Below are positions 55,876 through 64,000 of a stretch of 64,000 nt of DNA, piece by piece (the first letter of the stretch is position 1; every line of letters begins with the position of its first letter). The notes under the pieces were generated by a model. The model saw nothing but the letters and a program-made list of their open reading frames with translations. It had not been told where the DNA came from and searched no databases. A program made the translations under genes and the position numbers. The DNA comes from Clostridia bacterium (lineage in GTDB: Bacteria; Bacillota; Clostridia; Christensenellales; CAG-138), in contig JAFXVP010000030.1 of assembly GCA_017524445.1 (NCBI GenBank), positions 8,535 to 72,534 of the forward strand, given 5' to 3'.

Positions 55876-58800
55876 TCACGCTCCGCCTTTCATATTCCAA
55901 TGCGGGTCGGCGGTACCCCAGTATTCGACTTGATTACCGGACACCATGTTTGTCAACACGATCACACCGTTTTCGATCGTCACGAGATACCGGACCGTCC
56001 ACGGCTCATTCTTGGCAAAGACAAACTCGAGGCTCAATCCCTTATCCAAAAGGACGAAGTTCGCTGTTCCGTAGTCCATATTGAACGTATTGCGGTAAGC
56101 AAGCGTTCCGTTGCGGTATACCGTGAACACAACCGTAAAGAGCCCGGAAGTCGGACCGAACGAAAGTCTGCACGATTCAAGCTGTCCGTCGCCGTCGACG
56201 TCGCAGACCTCGACGTCCGTGAGCACGTTCAGGATATGCTCCGGATCGTCGACCTGATAAGCCGTTTCCCCGGATTCCGAGGACTCTGTCAGGAAAGGCG
56301 CAGGATTCGGCGTACCGTTCAGCAGCCAGACAAGCTTTTCCGTATACGCCTCGTCGATCTCGTACCAATAACTCGAAAGCGGGTTGCGGAACGGAACGAC
56401 CTCGACGTCAATGTCGTTATCCTCTGTTTCGTAGGTATTCAGAATCAGCAGCATTTCCTCGATCGTCGTGCCCTTCATGCCGCCGATCTCAACGTCCGTT
56501 TTGTTGTCCGACCCGGCAAGCAGCGCGCAGAAATAACCGTCATTGCTCATCTGCCACACATAGACCTTCAGCCCCTTCGATATATCAAGCCCGAAGTATT
56601 CGGGGTACTGCTTTTCCAATCGCTTGTATTCCTGCTGCAGCGCATCGACGGCGCTGTCCGGTGTCAGAGTCGGGATCACCGCGTCCGGCATGCGGGAGAA
56701 GATGCTCGTAACAACGTCGTGCGGTGCAGCGGGGTTGGAATACGATACATCTGCGTCCAAACGGAGCGTGTCCGTTGCCGGGTCATAGGTCAGCGTTGTA
56801 TGCGCGGTTGCATCGTCTTTCCGAAGCGCGACGGCATTTCCCGAAACGCTGTACCGATATTGCTCGCTGCGATAGTTCCCTACTGCGGCGTCGTATTCCG
56901 TCCATGTCACGCTGTTTTTGCCGGAGAATTCCAGAAATTCTTCATGCATCCATGAACCGGAAGTGTCGGGACTGCCGTTCAGCTCGACCCCTGTCACCGT
57001 CCACTTGCCGACAAGGTCCGGCGTGCGGACAAAAACGCACGTTCTGCCGTCGTCCGATGTGAAAAGCCGCAGCGTGTCCGTTTCCGGATCGTATGTGATC
57101 TCCGGGTCGTTTACGTCCATGCCGTTGGCACGAAGCAAAACGGAATCGGCTTCCGTGAGATACCGGTATTCTGTTCTGGAGGTGAGGCCGTTCGCGTTTA
57201 CTGTCCGCAGCTCGGTCATCGTGCCGTCCTGAAATGTCAGTGTGCTTTCTACACCGGCTTCTTCCGCGGAAGCATGCCTTCCGTCATTCCAAATCATTTC
57301 GGTCATCGTCCAAAAGCTATTCGCAAGGTCCGGAATGCAGCGCTCGTACTCCGCCGTCTCTCCGTTCATGGTGACCGCAAGCACGTCCCGCTCCGCGTCA
57401 TAGACAGCGGAAAACAGCGGATCATTTATTCCCGTGTCCACGCTCATAAACCGCAGCTCGCCGTCCTGTTCCGTATAGGTAAGCTGTATGTCCAAAGCAT
57501 CCGGAACGCCCGCCCATTGTTTGAGCGTCGCCGTGCCGTCGGCGCGGATCGTGATCCGCTGTTCATAATCGACGCTGTACGCGTACGACCATGCGCCAAC
57601 CGAGGTTTTTTCATACAAATTAATATTTGTACTCATTGCATATGTGTTACTATACCCCTCGCCAACATGACCGCAGACTACCGTATCGCCTTCCGAATGC
57701 AGTTCATAGGTGAAGATCGTTTCGTCCGCCCGCTTTACGGACAGCAGCACATTTCCGTGCCCGTCGTTCGGGTCGAGATCAGCAAAGATCACGCTGTCCC
57801 AGACAAGCACCTCATTTGCCGTCCATTCGCCGCGCCCGATCTGCACCGTCAGCTCCGGTTCTTCGCCTTTTTCGATAAACCAATTCGGATCGTTGGAAGT
57901 CACCGTCACGCGCACCGGATTACCGTCGCCGTTCAGATCAACGGCAGCCAGAAACCCTACAAATCCTTCGCCTGCGCCATAATACTCCGTATATTGCATC
58001 GGCAGCTCGTCCGCTTCGATCGGTGGGCACTTCAAATAGGTTTTCTGTCCTTCCTCGCTCTTGTCGAGGTTCCAGTCCATGTAGATCGGCTCCTTACCGT
58101 CCGTGTCCATGCATAGGTCAATCGTGAGTTCCTCGTCTCCACCGATGAAGGTGAACCGATACCACAGATTGCCTGTGTTCTTTTGGCTCTGTTCCCATTT
58201 CTCCACTGTGTAGGAATAACCGTCACGGGAGATTCCGTCCTTAATTATTTCCGCTTTTCGCTCACTTGTGGCAGCATCCGTATAAAACCGGATTTCCAAC
58301 AGCAAAACCTGATCCGGATCACCGCTCAAAGCGCACCACAGACCTTCGAGCATATCCTCGGGCAACAGCGTCTTCACGGCGTCCGGCGTGCGTGAGAAGA
58401 TCAACCCCAAAGTCAGATCATACTCGCCCGAATAGGTATGCTCCATATACAGCGTATCCGCCGCGGGATCGTAAGTCAGTTCCAGCGTGTCGCCCTCTTC
58501 GTCCGTGAGAATGACCATGTTCCCGGTCACGGTGTATTGCCCTCTTTCCTGTATATCGCCCCGGATGTCTCCCTGGGGGGCAACCCCCGAAAGCGTCGCG
58601 TTTCCGTCCTCGGAAAGCTCCAGAGTGATCTGAACGTCACCGATCGTCTTCGGATCAACAATATTATCGTCAATTCGGATTTCGGTTACCGTCCACTTGC
58701 CAAGCAGCGGATCGACGACGGGATCGGTCGCGCCGTGCGAACTGCGCCCGATGCCCGGAGCGAACACCGCGATCACGACGCTTGCGGCGACGAGCACCGC

Positions 58801-59010
58801 CGCGGCCGCGCCCGCAAGCACCTTGCCGATGGGGAATCTGCGCTTTTTCGGTTCCGCGCCGGTCGCGGACGATTTCGCCGCGTCCGTTTGTGCCGATCTA
58901 TTTTGGGTCCCTCCTGCCGTTTCCGCCGCGCGCAGCAGTCCGTCCGCAAACGACTGCGGCATCTCGGGAAAGAGGCCCCTCTTTAATCTTGTATCGAAAC
59001 TGCTGTTCAT
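55876..59010 (-). CDS. Large membrane-anchored anti-sigma factor candidate with tandem lipocalin-like domains
   Basis: ATGA overlap with the ECF sigma gene; short cytoplasmic N-terminus, KKRR plus TM, repeated GxW...TYDPxxDTL...R(T/M)PD modules. Confidence 0.75.
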   Translation of the reverse strand: MNSSFDTRLKRGLFPEMPQSFADGLLRAAETAGGTQNRSAQTDAAKSSATGAEPKKRRFPIGKVLAGAAAAVLVAASVVIAVFAPGIGRSSHGATDPVVDPLLGKWTVTEIRIDDNIVDPKTIGDVQITLELSEDGNATLSGVAPQGDIRGDIQERGQYTVTGNMVILTDEEGDTLELTYDPAADTLYMEHTYSGEYDLTLGLIFSRTPDAVKTLLPEDMLEGLWCALSGDPDQVLLLEIRFYTDAATSERKAEIIKDGISRDGYSYTVEKWEQSQKNTGNLWYRFTFIGGDEELTIDLCMDTDGKEPIYMDWNLDKSEEGQKTYLKCPPIEADELPMQYTEYYGAGEGFVGFLAAVDLNGDGNPVRVTVTSNDPNWFIEKGEEPELTVQIGRGEWTANEVLVWDSVIFADLDPNDGHGNVLLSVKRADETIFTYELHSEGDTVVCGHVGEGYSNTYAMSTNINLYEKTSVGAWSYAYSVDYEQRITIRADGTATLKQWAGVPDALDIQLTYTEQDGELRFMSVDTGINDPLFSAVYDAERDVLAVTMNGETAEYERCIPDLANSFWTMTEMIWNDGRHASAEEAGVESTLTFQDGTMTELRTVNANGLTSRTEYRYLTEADSVLLRANGMDVNDPEITYDPETDTLRLFTSDDGRTCVFVRTPDLVGKWTVTGVELNGSPDTSGSWMHEEFLEFSGKNSVTWTEYDAAVGNYRSEQYRYSVSGNAVALRKDDATAHTTLTYDPATDTLRLDADVSYSNPAAPHDVVTSIFSRMPDAVIPTLTPDSAVDALQQEYKRLEKQYPEYFGLDISKGLKVYVWQMSNDGYFCALLAGSDNKTDVEIGGMKGTTIEEMLLILNTYETEDNDIDVEVVPFRNPLSSYWYEIDEAYTEKLVWLLNGTPNPAPFLTESSESGETAYQVDDPEHILNVLTDVEVCDVDGDGQLESCRLSFGPTSGLFTVVFTVYRNGTLAYRNTFNMDYGTANFVLLDKGLSLEFVFAKNEPWTVRYLVTIENGVIVLTNMVSGNQVEYWGTADPHWNMKGGA

Positions 59011-59495
59011 AGCATTGCCTCCTGTTCCGAAAGCTTTTTCCGAAGCGCCTCCCGTGCGCGGGAAAGCCGCGAGCGCACCGTGCCTTCGCTGACCTCGCAG
59101 ATCTTTGCGATCTCGCGGGTCGAATAACCCTCAAAATAAAACAGCGTGATCGCAAGCCGCTCGTCCTCCGTCAGCGTGTCGAACGCGCGGTTCAGATCGA
59201 GGTCCGGCACCTCCATGTCGTAGCCGATGGGTTCGCATGCGTCGAGGTTGACCGTGCGCTGTGCGGAGCGCACAAAATTACTGCATTCGTTTTTCAGAAT
59301 GCGGATCATCCATGTCTTGAAATATCGCCGTTCTTTGAGCTTGTCTAAATGGGTGTACGCCTTTAAAACCGCGTTCTGCGCGGCGTCCTCGCAGTCCGCG
59401 CGGTTCCGAAGGATCGCGAACGCGACGCGGAACATCGTCGGCGCCATTGCTTCGATCTCATGCGAAAACCATGCGTCCCCGTTCCTGTTTGTCAA
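59007..59495 (-). CDS. ECF sigma-70 factor (SigV/SigW-like)
   Basis: Regions 2 (DCEDAAQN, FKTWMIRI) and 4 (LFYFEGYSTREIA, GTVRSRLSRAR); TTG start after AGGAGG. Confidence 0.93.
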   Translation of the reverse strand: MTNRNGDAWFSHEIEAMAPTMFRVAFAILRNRADCEDAAQNAVLKAYTHLDKLKERRYFKTWMIRILKNECSNFVRSAQRTVNLDACEPIGYDMEVPDLDLNRAFDTLTEDERLAITLFYFEGYSTREIAKICEVSEGTVRSRLSRAREALRKKLSEQEAML

Positions 59496-59532
59496 AACGC
59501 GCTCCCCTCCTTTCGTTTTGCCCTATACCTAT

Positions 59533-59560
59533 TAGACACGCGGCAGCGGCAAAATGTTGC
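59533..59560 (-). promoter_or_regulatory. Putative autoregulatory ECF promoter
   Basis: Minus strand GCAAC-17 nt-TGTCTA about 40 nt upstream of the sigma start; AAC/GTC boxes are typical of ECF promoters. Confidence 0.65.
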
Positions 59561-59612
59561 GTGAATTTCGAAAAAAAGAAAAAAGCGGAGAAAACCCGCC
59601 CGAATGTACGAT

Positions 59613-60209
59613 CTATCTCCGCGTAAGCGTCACGACCGCGCCGTCCCGGTCGAGACGCAGGGTGTCGGTCAGCCGGTCGTAATACAGGACCGCGCCGTTC
59701 GCCGCGACAAGCTTTGTATAGCGGTACGCATTGCCGATCTCGCCGTCAGTGAACGCGTCGCGGGTCCATTGGATCTTTTCGCCGTCGAGCGTGCCGGAAA
59801 GGTCGTTTGCGATCGAAAGCGCCGTACCGTTTTCGGCGATCCACTCCCCCGCGATCACGGTCTCAGGAAGGACCGTCACGTCGACGACGGCTTCGAGCCC
59901 GTCGAGGGTCGCCTTGACCTGACACGCGCCCGGCGCGAGCGCAACGATCATTTCGTTCTTTTCGTCGACCCACGCGACGATGCCGTCCGGCGCGGTCACC
60001 TTGTATTTCAATAGCCGCGTCGAGGCGCGCTCCGGTCCGATCGTGTGCACGACGCGCCGCCCTTCGTCCATTTTCAGCGTCAGCGCCGTTTCGGAAAGCG
60101 TCAGCGTTTCGGCGGGCACGGTGCGCACGAGAAGAAAGAGCCCAAAGACCTGCGCCGCCGCGAACACGCCGAGCGCAAGAAGGATCAGGATCTTTTTCCA
60201 CCGTTTCAT
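59613..60209 (-). CDS. Membrane-anchored protein with Ig-like (Big_2-like) and lipocalin-like domains
   Basis: GGAGG RBS, N-terminal TM, ALAPGACQVKAT, IAGEW...YYDRLTDTLRL; TTGACA-17-TACAAT promoter at 60238-60266. Confidence 0.75.
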   Translation of the reverse strand: MKRWKKILILLALGVFAAAQVFGLFLLVRTVPAETLTLSETALTLKMDEGRRVVHTIGPERASTRLLKYKVTAPDGIVAWVDEKNEMIVALAPGACQVKATLDGLEAVVDVTVLPETVIAGEWIAENGTALSIANDLSGTLDGEKIQWTRDAFTDGEIGNAYRYTKLVAANGAVLYYDRLTDTLRLDRDGAVVTLTRR

Positions 60210-60279
60210 CTGCCGTTCCCTCCGTTTTGATACCTCTATTGTACCCGCCCGGAAGCAGGATGTCAACGGCGCCGCAGGC

Positions 60280-60698
60280 GCGCGTACACGCAAGCGATTT
60301 TTCCGCCCGCAAAGCGCGCGAAAACAATGCAGAATGTAGAATGCAGAATGTAGAATGAATGAAGATTTTCCGCCGGAAAATCTTTTTTATGATGACTTTG
60401 CCGTCAATTCATGCGACAAGCGCGTACACGCAAGCGGTTTCTTCCGCCCGCAGAGTACGCGAAAATAATGCAGAATGCAGAATGTAGAATGAATGAAGAT
60501 TTTCCGCCGGAAAATCATTTTTATGATGGCTTTGCCGTCAATTCATGCGAGAAGCGCGTACCCGCAAGCGGTTTCTTCCGCCCGCAGAGCGCGCGAAAAC
60601 AATGAAGAATGCAGAATGCAGAATGTAGAATGAATGAAGATTTTCCGCCGGAAAATCATTTTTATGATGGCTTTGCCGTCAATTCATGCGAGAAGCGC
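60280..60698. repeat. Tandem repeat of three 134-141 bp units with internal AATG(C/T)AG heptamers
   Basis: Units start at 60280, 60420 and 60554. Confidence 0.95.
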
Positions 60699-60740
60699 AA
60701 TACACCCGGCGCGCTGCATCAGCCATTGGTGTGTAATCAA

Positions 60741-60930
60741 TGCCTTCCCCTGCGTACAGCATGGAGAAGAGATGGCGACGCGCGGGAAGCGTGCGACGGC
60801 ACCGCTGTAACGAAGCATGGTACGCGGTAGACAACGCATCGCGTTGTCGCGCGAATTACCTATGTAACGGAGCGCAGCGGAGTGGTAAGCGAAGTGTGAT
60901 ACGGCACCGAAGGTGACGGATGAGGTTCCC
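60741..60930. repeat. Expanded REP-like unit with nested mini-element
   Basis: Reverse-orientation homologue of 19886-20087; same orientation as 54636-54755. Confidence 0.8.
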
Positions 60931-61160
60931 TTGTGAATCCGCGCCGCCGGCGCGCAATACCCGCAAAAGGTTGGCAGCGACGGTTTTTCGTCGTGAGGGC
61001 GTTTACAACCGAGCAGAAAAACCGAGCGAGACCTTTTGCGGAGAGGAGCCGCAATGTGAATTGTGAGCGGTGACGTTTGATTATAAGTCACGAACCACCC
61101 GTGAACATGAACACATAGCGGGTGGTTTATTGTTTCGCTTCGCTCAACTGTATGAAGACG

Positions 61161-61195
61161 TAAAAAAGGCGAAGCCGTGCGGCTTCGCCTTTTAC
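61161..61195 (-). terminator. Terminator of the large surface protein gene
   Basis: AAAAGGCGAAGCC-GTGC-GGCTTCGCCTTTT. Confidence 0.8.
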
Positions 61196-61235
61196 GGGGC
61201 GTCGAGGTCGACGCCCCCTGCATTCGTCGGTTGGT

Positions 61236-64000
61236 TCAGTTTTCCGGCTGCGCGTCCTTATACGCCTTTGCCGCGACGTAGTATGCGTAGATCGCGCAGA
61301 CGCCGTTCTTTGCGGCCGTGTTGTCCGCATACGCGCTCGAGTTCAGTATGCTCCTTACGTACGAGAACACCGACACCTCGACTGTCGCGTCGCCGCTGTC
61401 GGTCGTCGCGACGATGGTGTAGGTCGTGCCGAGCAGATGCGCGCCGATATTCGGGATCTCCACGACGTACCGTCCGCCTTCCGGCGTCGCCGTATACGGA
61501 TCGCCGTCGAGCGTCACGGTGAATTCGCCGCTGTAGTTTTTGACCGGCTTGAAATACACCAGGATCGTCGTGTCGCTGTCCAGACGCACGCTGTACGTGA
61601 TCTTCTGGATATCCGTGCTCTCGTTGTTGCGCACGAGTGCGAACTCCGCGACATCCTCCGCGATATCTTCGGCGTTATAGCCATCCTTCTCATAGAAGAT
61701 ATCCATCGGGGCGTACTGATCGTCGCCGTCGCCGAGCGACCAATCCTTGACGCCTTCGAGGAAGAGCTGCACGTAGTGGCCGTAGTCCGCAAGCGCGTGG
61801 ACGAGGCTGACCGTCGGTTCGTCATACTGGTTCTCCAAATCCTCGAACGTTTCGATATACTGCGCGATCGAGTACTCTTCGGAGACCGTCAGCCCGTCGC
61901 CGTAATGGAACGTCGCGGTGATCGTGTCCGCCATCTGGATCGGGGCCACGTAGCAGGTGAAGCCGTAATACGTGCTGTCCCCGTTCATGTTGTCCTCGTC
62001 AAGCGGGACCGGATCGGAGGGTACTTCGCCCGCGCCGGAGATTTCAAACGTCATGTAGCTTTCCGTATAGTCGACGCCTGCGATCGCCGGAAGATCCATA
62101 AAGAAGTTCACGCCGATCTTGCCGTCCAGCGTCAGCGAATGCGTCTTGAATTCCGGCTCCGCTCCTTCTCCGATGTAGAAGTATCCGCCGAATGCGCTCC
62201 AGGCGTTGTTGTAGGTCGTCTGGAAGTAGATATTCACGCTGCCCGCGTGCGCGGCGTCGACGTGGTACTGCGTATACTCTCCGTCCGGATACCATGCGTC
62301 GATCACGTTGTTCGTGAGGTGGACGACCTTGATCTCGTCACCCTCCGCGAGCGTCGTGCTGAGCATGTACTCGTTCTCGTTGCCCGGGTTCACCTCGAAC
62401 TTTTCATCGGCGTTGATCGCCGTGAACGTCCAGTCCGGTCCGATCAGGTAGTAGCCGTCTTCGAGCTCGTCCTCCGTCCACTGCGCGATCAGCGTGTAGT
62501 CGTTTGCGTAGTAACCGACGCCCGGATTGGCTTCGGCTGAATCCTCGCCAAGCACCAGCAGCCAGTTTGCGAAGGTATGGTTGTTCCAGGTGAACGGATT
62601 GTCCGGAAGCGTGAAAGCGTCGAGGCCGACGCTGTACGGCGAGAACTGTCCGTTCATCGAAGAGGAGAGATCCTCCGCCCAGACGCCTTCGTCCAAGCTT
62701 GTGATATAAAGCAGATCGCCGCCCGCGTCGCCCGGATCGAGCGTCACGGTATACTTCGGACCGAACTCTGCGATCACCGTGACGGCGCTTCCCGGCATGA
62801 TGAAGTAGTTTTCTTCGATCTCGGTCTCTGCTTTGACGACGCTGACCGGCGCGCCGCTCTTCGTAAGGCCGGCAGGCGTTCCGATCTTCGCATTCGGTGT
62901 GAGCTTGCCTTCGGGCTGCTTTGCGATCTGCATCGGAGCGGAATCAAGCGCACCTTCAGGCGCCGCGATCACCGTTTCCTGCCCGTCTTCGTCGACATAG
63001 GCGAGATATTCAAGTACCGCGCCCTGATCCGGCGTGACGTTCAGCGGAACGAAATCGCCCGGCTTTGCCCGCGTGACAAACGTAACGACGGTACCGTGTT
63101 CGATGTTCTCGTCAACCGTGACGGGGTAACCGCCCGGCAGGATCACATCCGCCGCGGAAACCGGCTGCATGCCTTCCTCGTCCAGATAATAATATCCGCA
63201 GACGTCGCAGACGTAATACGCGATGTTGCCGTCTTCCGTTTCGGTGGGTTCCTTTGCGGGAACGTACGTCATCGAGTGGTTGCCCGTCTCGCACGGATCG
63301 ACGGGCGTGCCTTTGATCGAAACGTCGTCGATGTTCAGCCAGTACATATCGGTGACGTTATAGTGACGGATCGCAATGTGAACGACCGGCTCGCCGACAA
63401 ATTCGGACAGATCCGCCGTGTATTCCCGATACTCGCCGTCCGTCGTATAATCCTCCGAAACCTTCACCCAATCGTCCGGGTTATACGTCGTTCCGGCATA
63501 GAACGCGAACACTTCACCGTTCGCGCTGCTGTCCTGTCCTCTTGCCCACGCGGAAAGCGTCGCGTCGGTGCATTCGGCAAGCGAGAACGCCGGAGAAACG
63601 GCGATGTTATCGGGCGAAAGCGCGCCGATGTTGTTGATGTAGGACGCGGAGTGGATGATACCGACGCCGCCGTAACAGGTCCAACCTTCGTCGTAGACCC
63701 AATCCCAGTTGTATCCGTCGCCGTCCGCGTCATAGAACCACCAGTCGACGGGCTCTTTCTCAAAGTCCCAATATGCGATCAGATCCGAATGGACCGTATA
63801 GCCGCATTCGGTGCAGACGTCGACGACGACGCCGTCTTCCATATGCATTTCAAAGGTGCAGTCCTCGGTCCTCGTTTCGTGGCAGCGGTCGCAGGTATAG
63901 GTATGCGTGCCGTTGTTGTTGCTGACCGCCTCGCCCCAGTTGTGACCGAGCGCGGGCGAATTAAACACGTCGCCCGGCATTGCAGGTTCCGTGCCGTCCT
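61236..64000 (-). CDS. Large multi-domain surface protein, 5' end outside the window (choice-of-anchor J/cleaved-adhesin-like domain, Cys/His repeats)
   Basis: Open frame to the window edge; DFE...DADGDGYNW...IDDVSI domain; H...CxxC repeats; HSLTLDGKIGVNF C-terminal module. Confidence 0.82.
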   Translation of the reverse strand, partial: DGTEPAMPGDVFNSPALGHNWGEAVSNNNGTHTYTCDRCHETRTEDCTFEMHMEDGVVVDVCTECGYTVHSDLIAYWDFEKEPVDWWFYDADGDGYNWDWVYDEGWTCYGGVGIIHSASYINNIGALSPDNIAVSPAFSLAECTDATLSAWARGQDSSANGEVFAFYAGTTYNPDDWVKVSEDYTTDGEYREYTADLSEFVGEPVVHIAIRHYNVTDMYWLNIDDVSIKGTPVDPCETGNHSMTYVPAKEPTETEDGNIAYYVCDVCGYYYLDEEGMQPVSAADVILPGGYPVTVDENIEHGTVVTFVTRAKPGDFVPLNVTPDQGAVLEYLAYVDEDGQETVIAAPEGALDSAPMQIAKQPEGKLTPNAKIGTPAGLTKSGAPVSVVKAETEIEENYFIMPGSAVTVIAEFGPKYTVTLDPGDAGGDLLYITSLDEGVWAEDLSSSMNGQFSPYSVGLDAFTLPDNPFTWNNHTFANWLLVLGEDSAEANPGVGYYANDYTLIAQWTEDELEDGYYLIGPDWTFTAINADEKFEVNPGNENEYMLSTTLAEGDEIKVVHLTNNVIDAWYPDGEYTQYHVDAAHAGSVNIYFQTTYNNAWSAFGGYFYIGEGAEPEFKTHSLTLDGKIGVNFFMDLPAIAGVDYTESYMTFEISGAGEVPSDPVPLDEDNMNGDSTYYGFTCYVAPIQMADTITATFHYGDGLTVSEEYSIAQYIETFEDLENQYDEPTVSLVHALADYGHYVQLFLEGVKDWSLGDGDDQYAPMDIFYEKDGYNAEDIAEDVAEFALVRNNESTDIQKITYSVRLDSDTTILVYFKPVKNYSGEFTVTLDGDPYTATPEGGRYVVEIPNIGAHLLGTTYTIVATTDSGDATVEVSVFSYVRSILNSSAYADNTAAKNGVCAIYAYYVAAKAYKDAQPEN

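Noticed and set aside
60280-60698. Possible CRISPR array
   Set aside because: The units are near-identical along their whole length, with no unique spacers and no cas genes in the window.
61059-61070. AATTGTGAGCGG matching the first 12 nt of lacO, suggesting vector contamination
   Set aside because: The match stops at 12 nt, the other half-site is absent and there is no vector context.

Overview
A 64 kb chromosomal segment from a GC-rich, spore-forming Clostridia-class Firmicute (spoIIR, sleB, ypeB, sigH, ytxC present). It holds about 57 protein-coding genes: buk (truncated at the window edge)/iorB/iorA, pth-mfd, mrnC-rlmB-sigH, lysC, two ABC systems, an MBOAT/DHHW O-acylation pair, a GNAT-rich array, two large surface proteins, and an ECF sigma factor with a very large multi-domain anti-sigma candidate. 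I found no rRNA, tRNA, CRISPR array, transposase or integrase. The most interesting signals are non-coding. (1) A promoter-proximal 125-nt rod-like RNA whose non-Watson-Crick pairs are all G-U, followed by a terminator, in front of an acyl-CoA synthetase with an AT-rich core and host-like ends. (2) A TGTCAAGGGGACGGTTCTCTTGACA palindrome placed directly after the stop codons of AT-rich cargo genes, resembling a cassette array. (3) A 56-68 nt 'CCACT...CCA' mini-element that appears to insert without target duplication into other repeats, within several REP-like and hairpin-chain families. (4) An ECF-type promoter shared between the sigma operon and a cargo gene. All calls come from reading the sequence; no database searches or folding programs were run.
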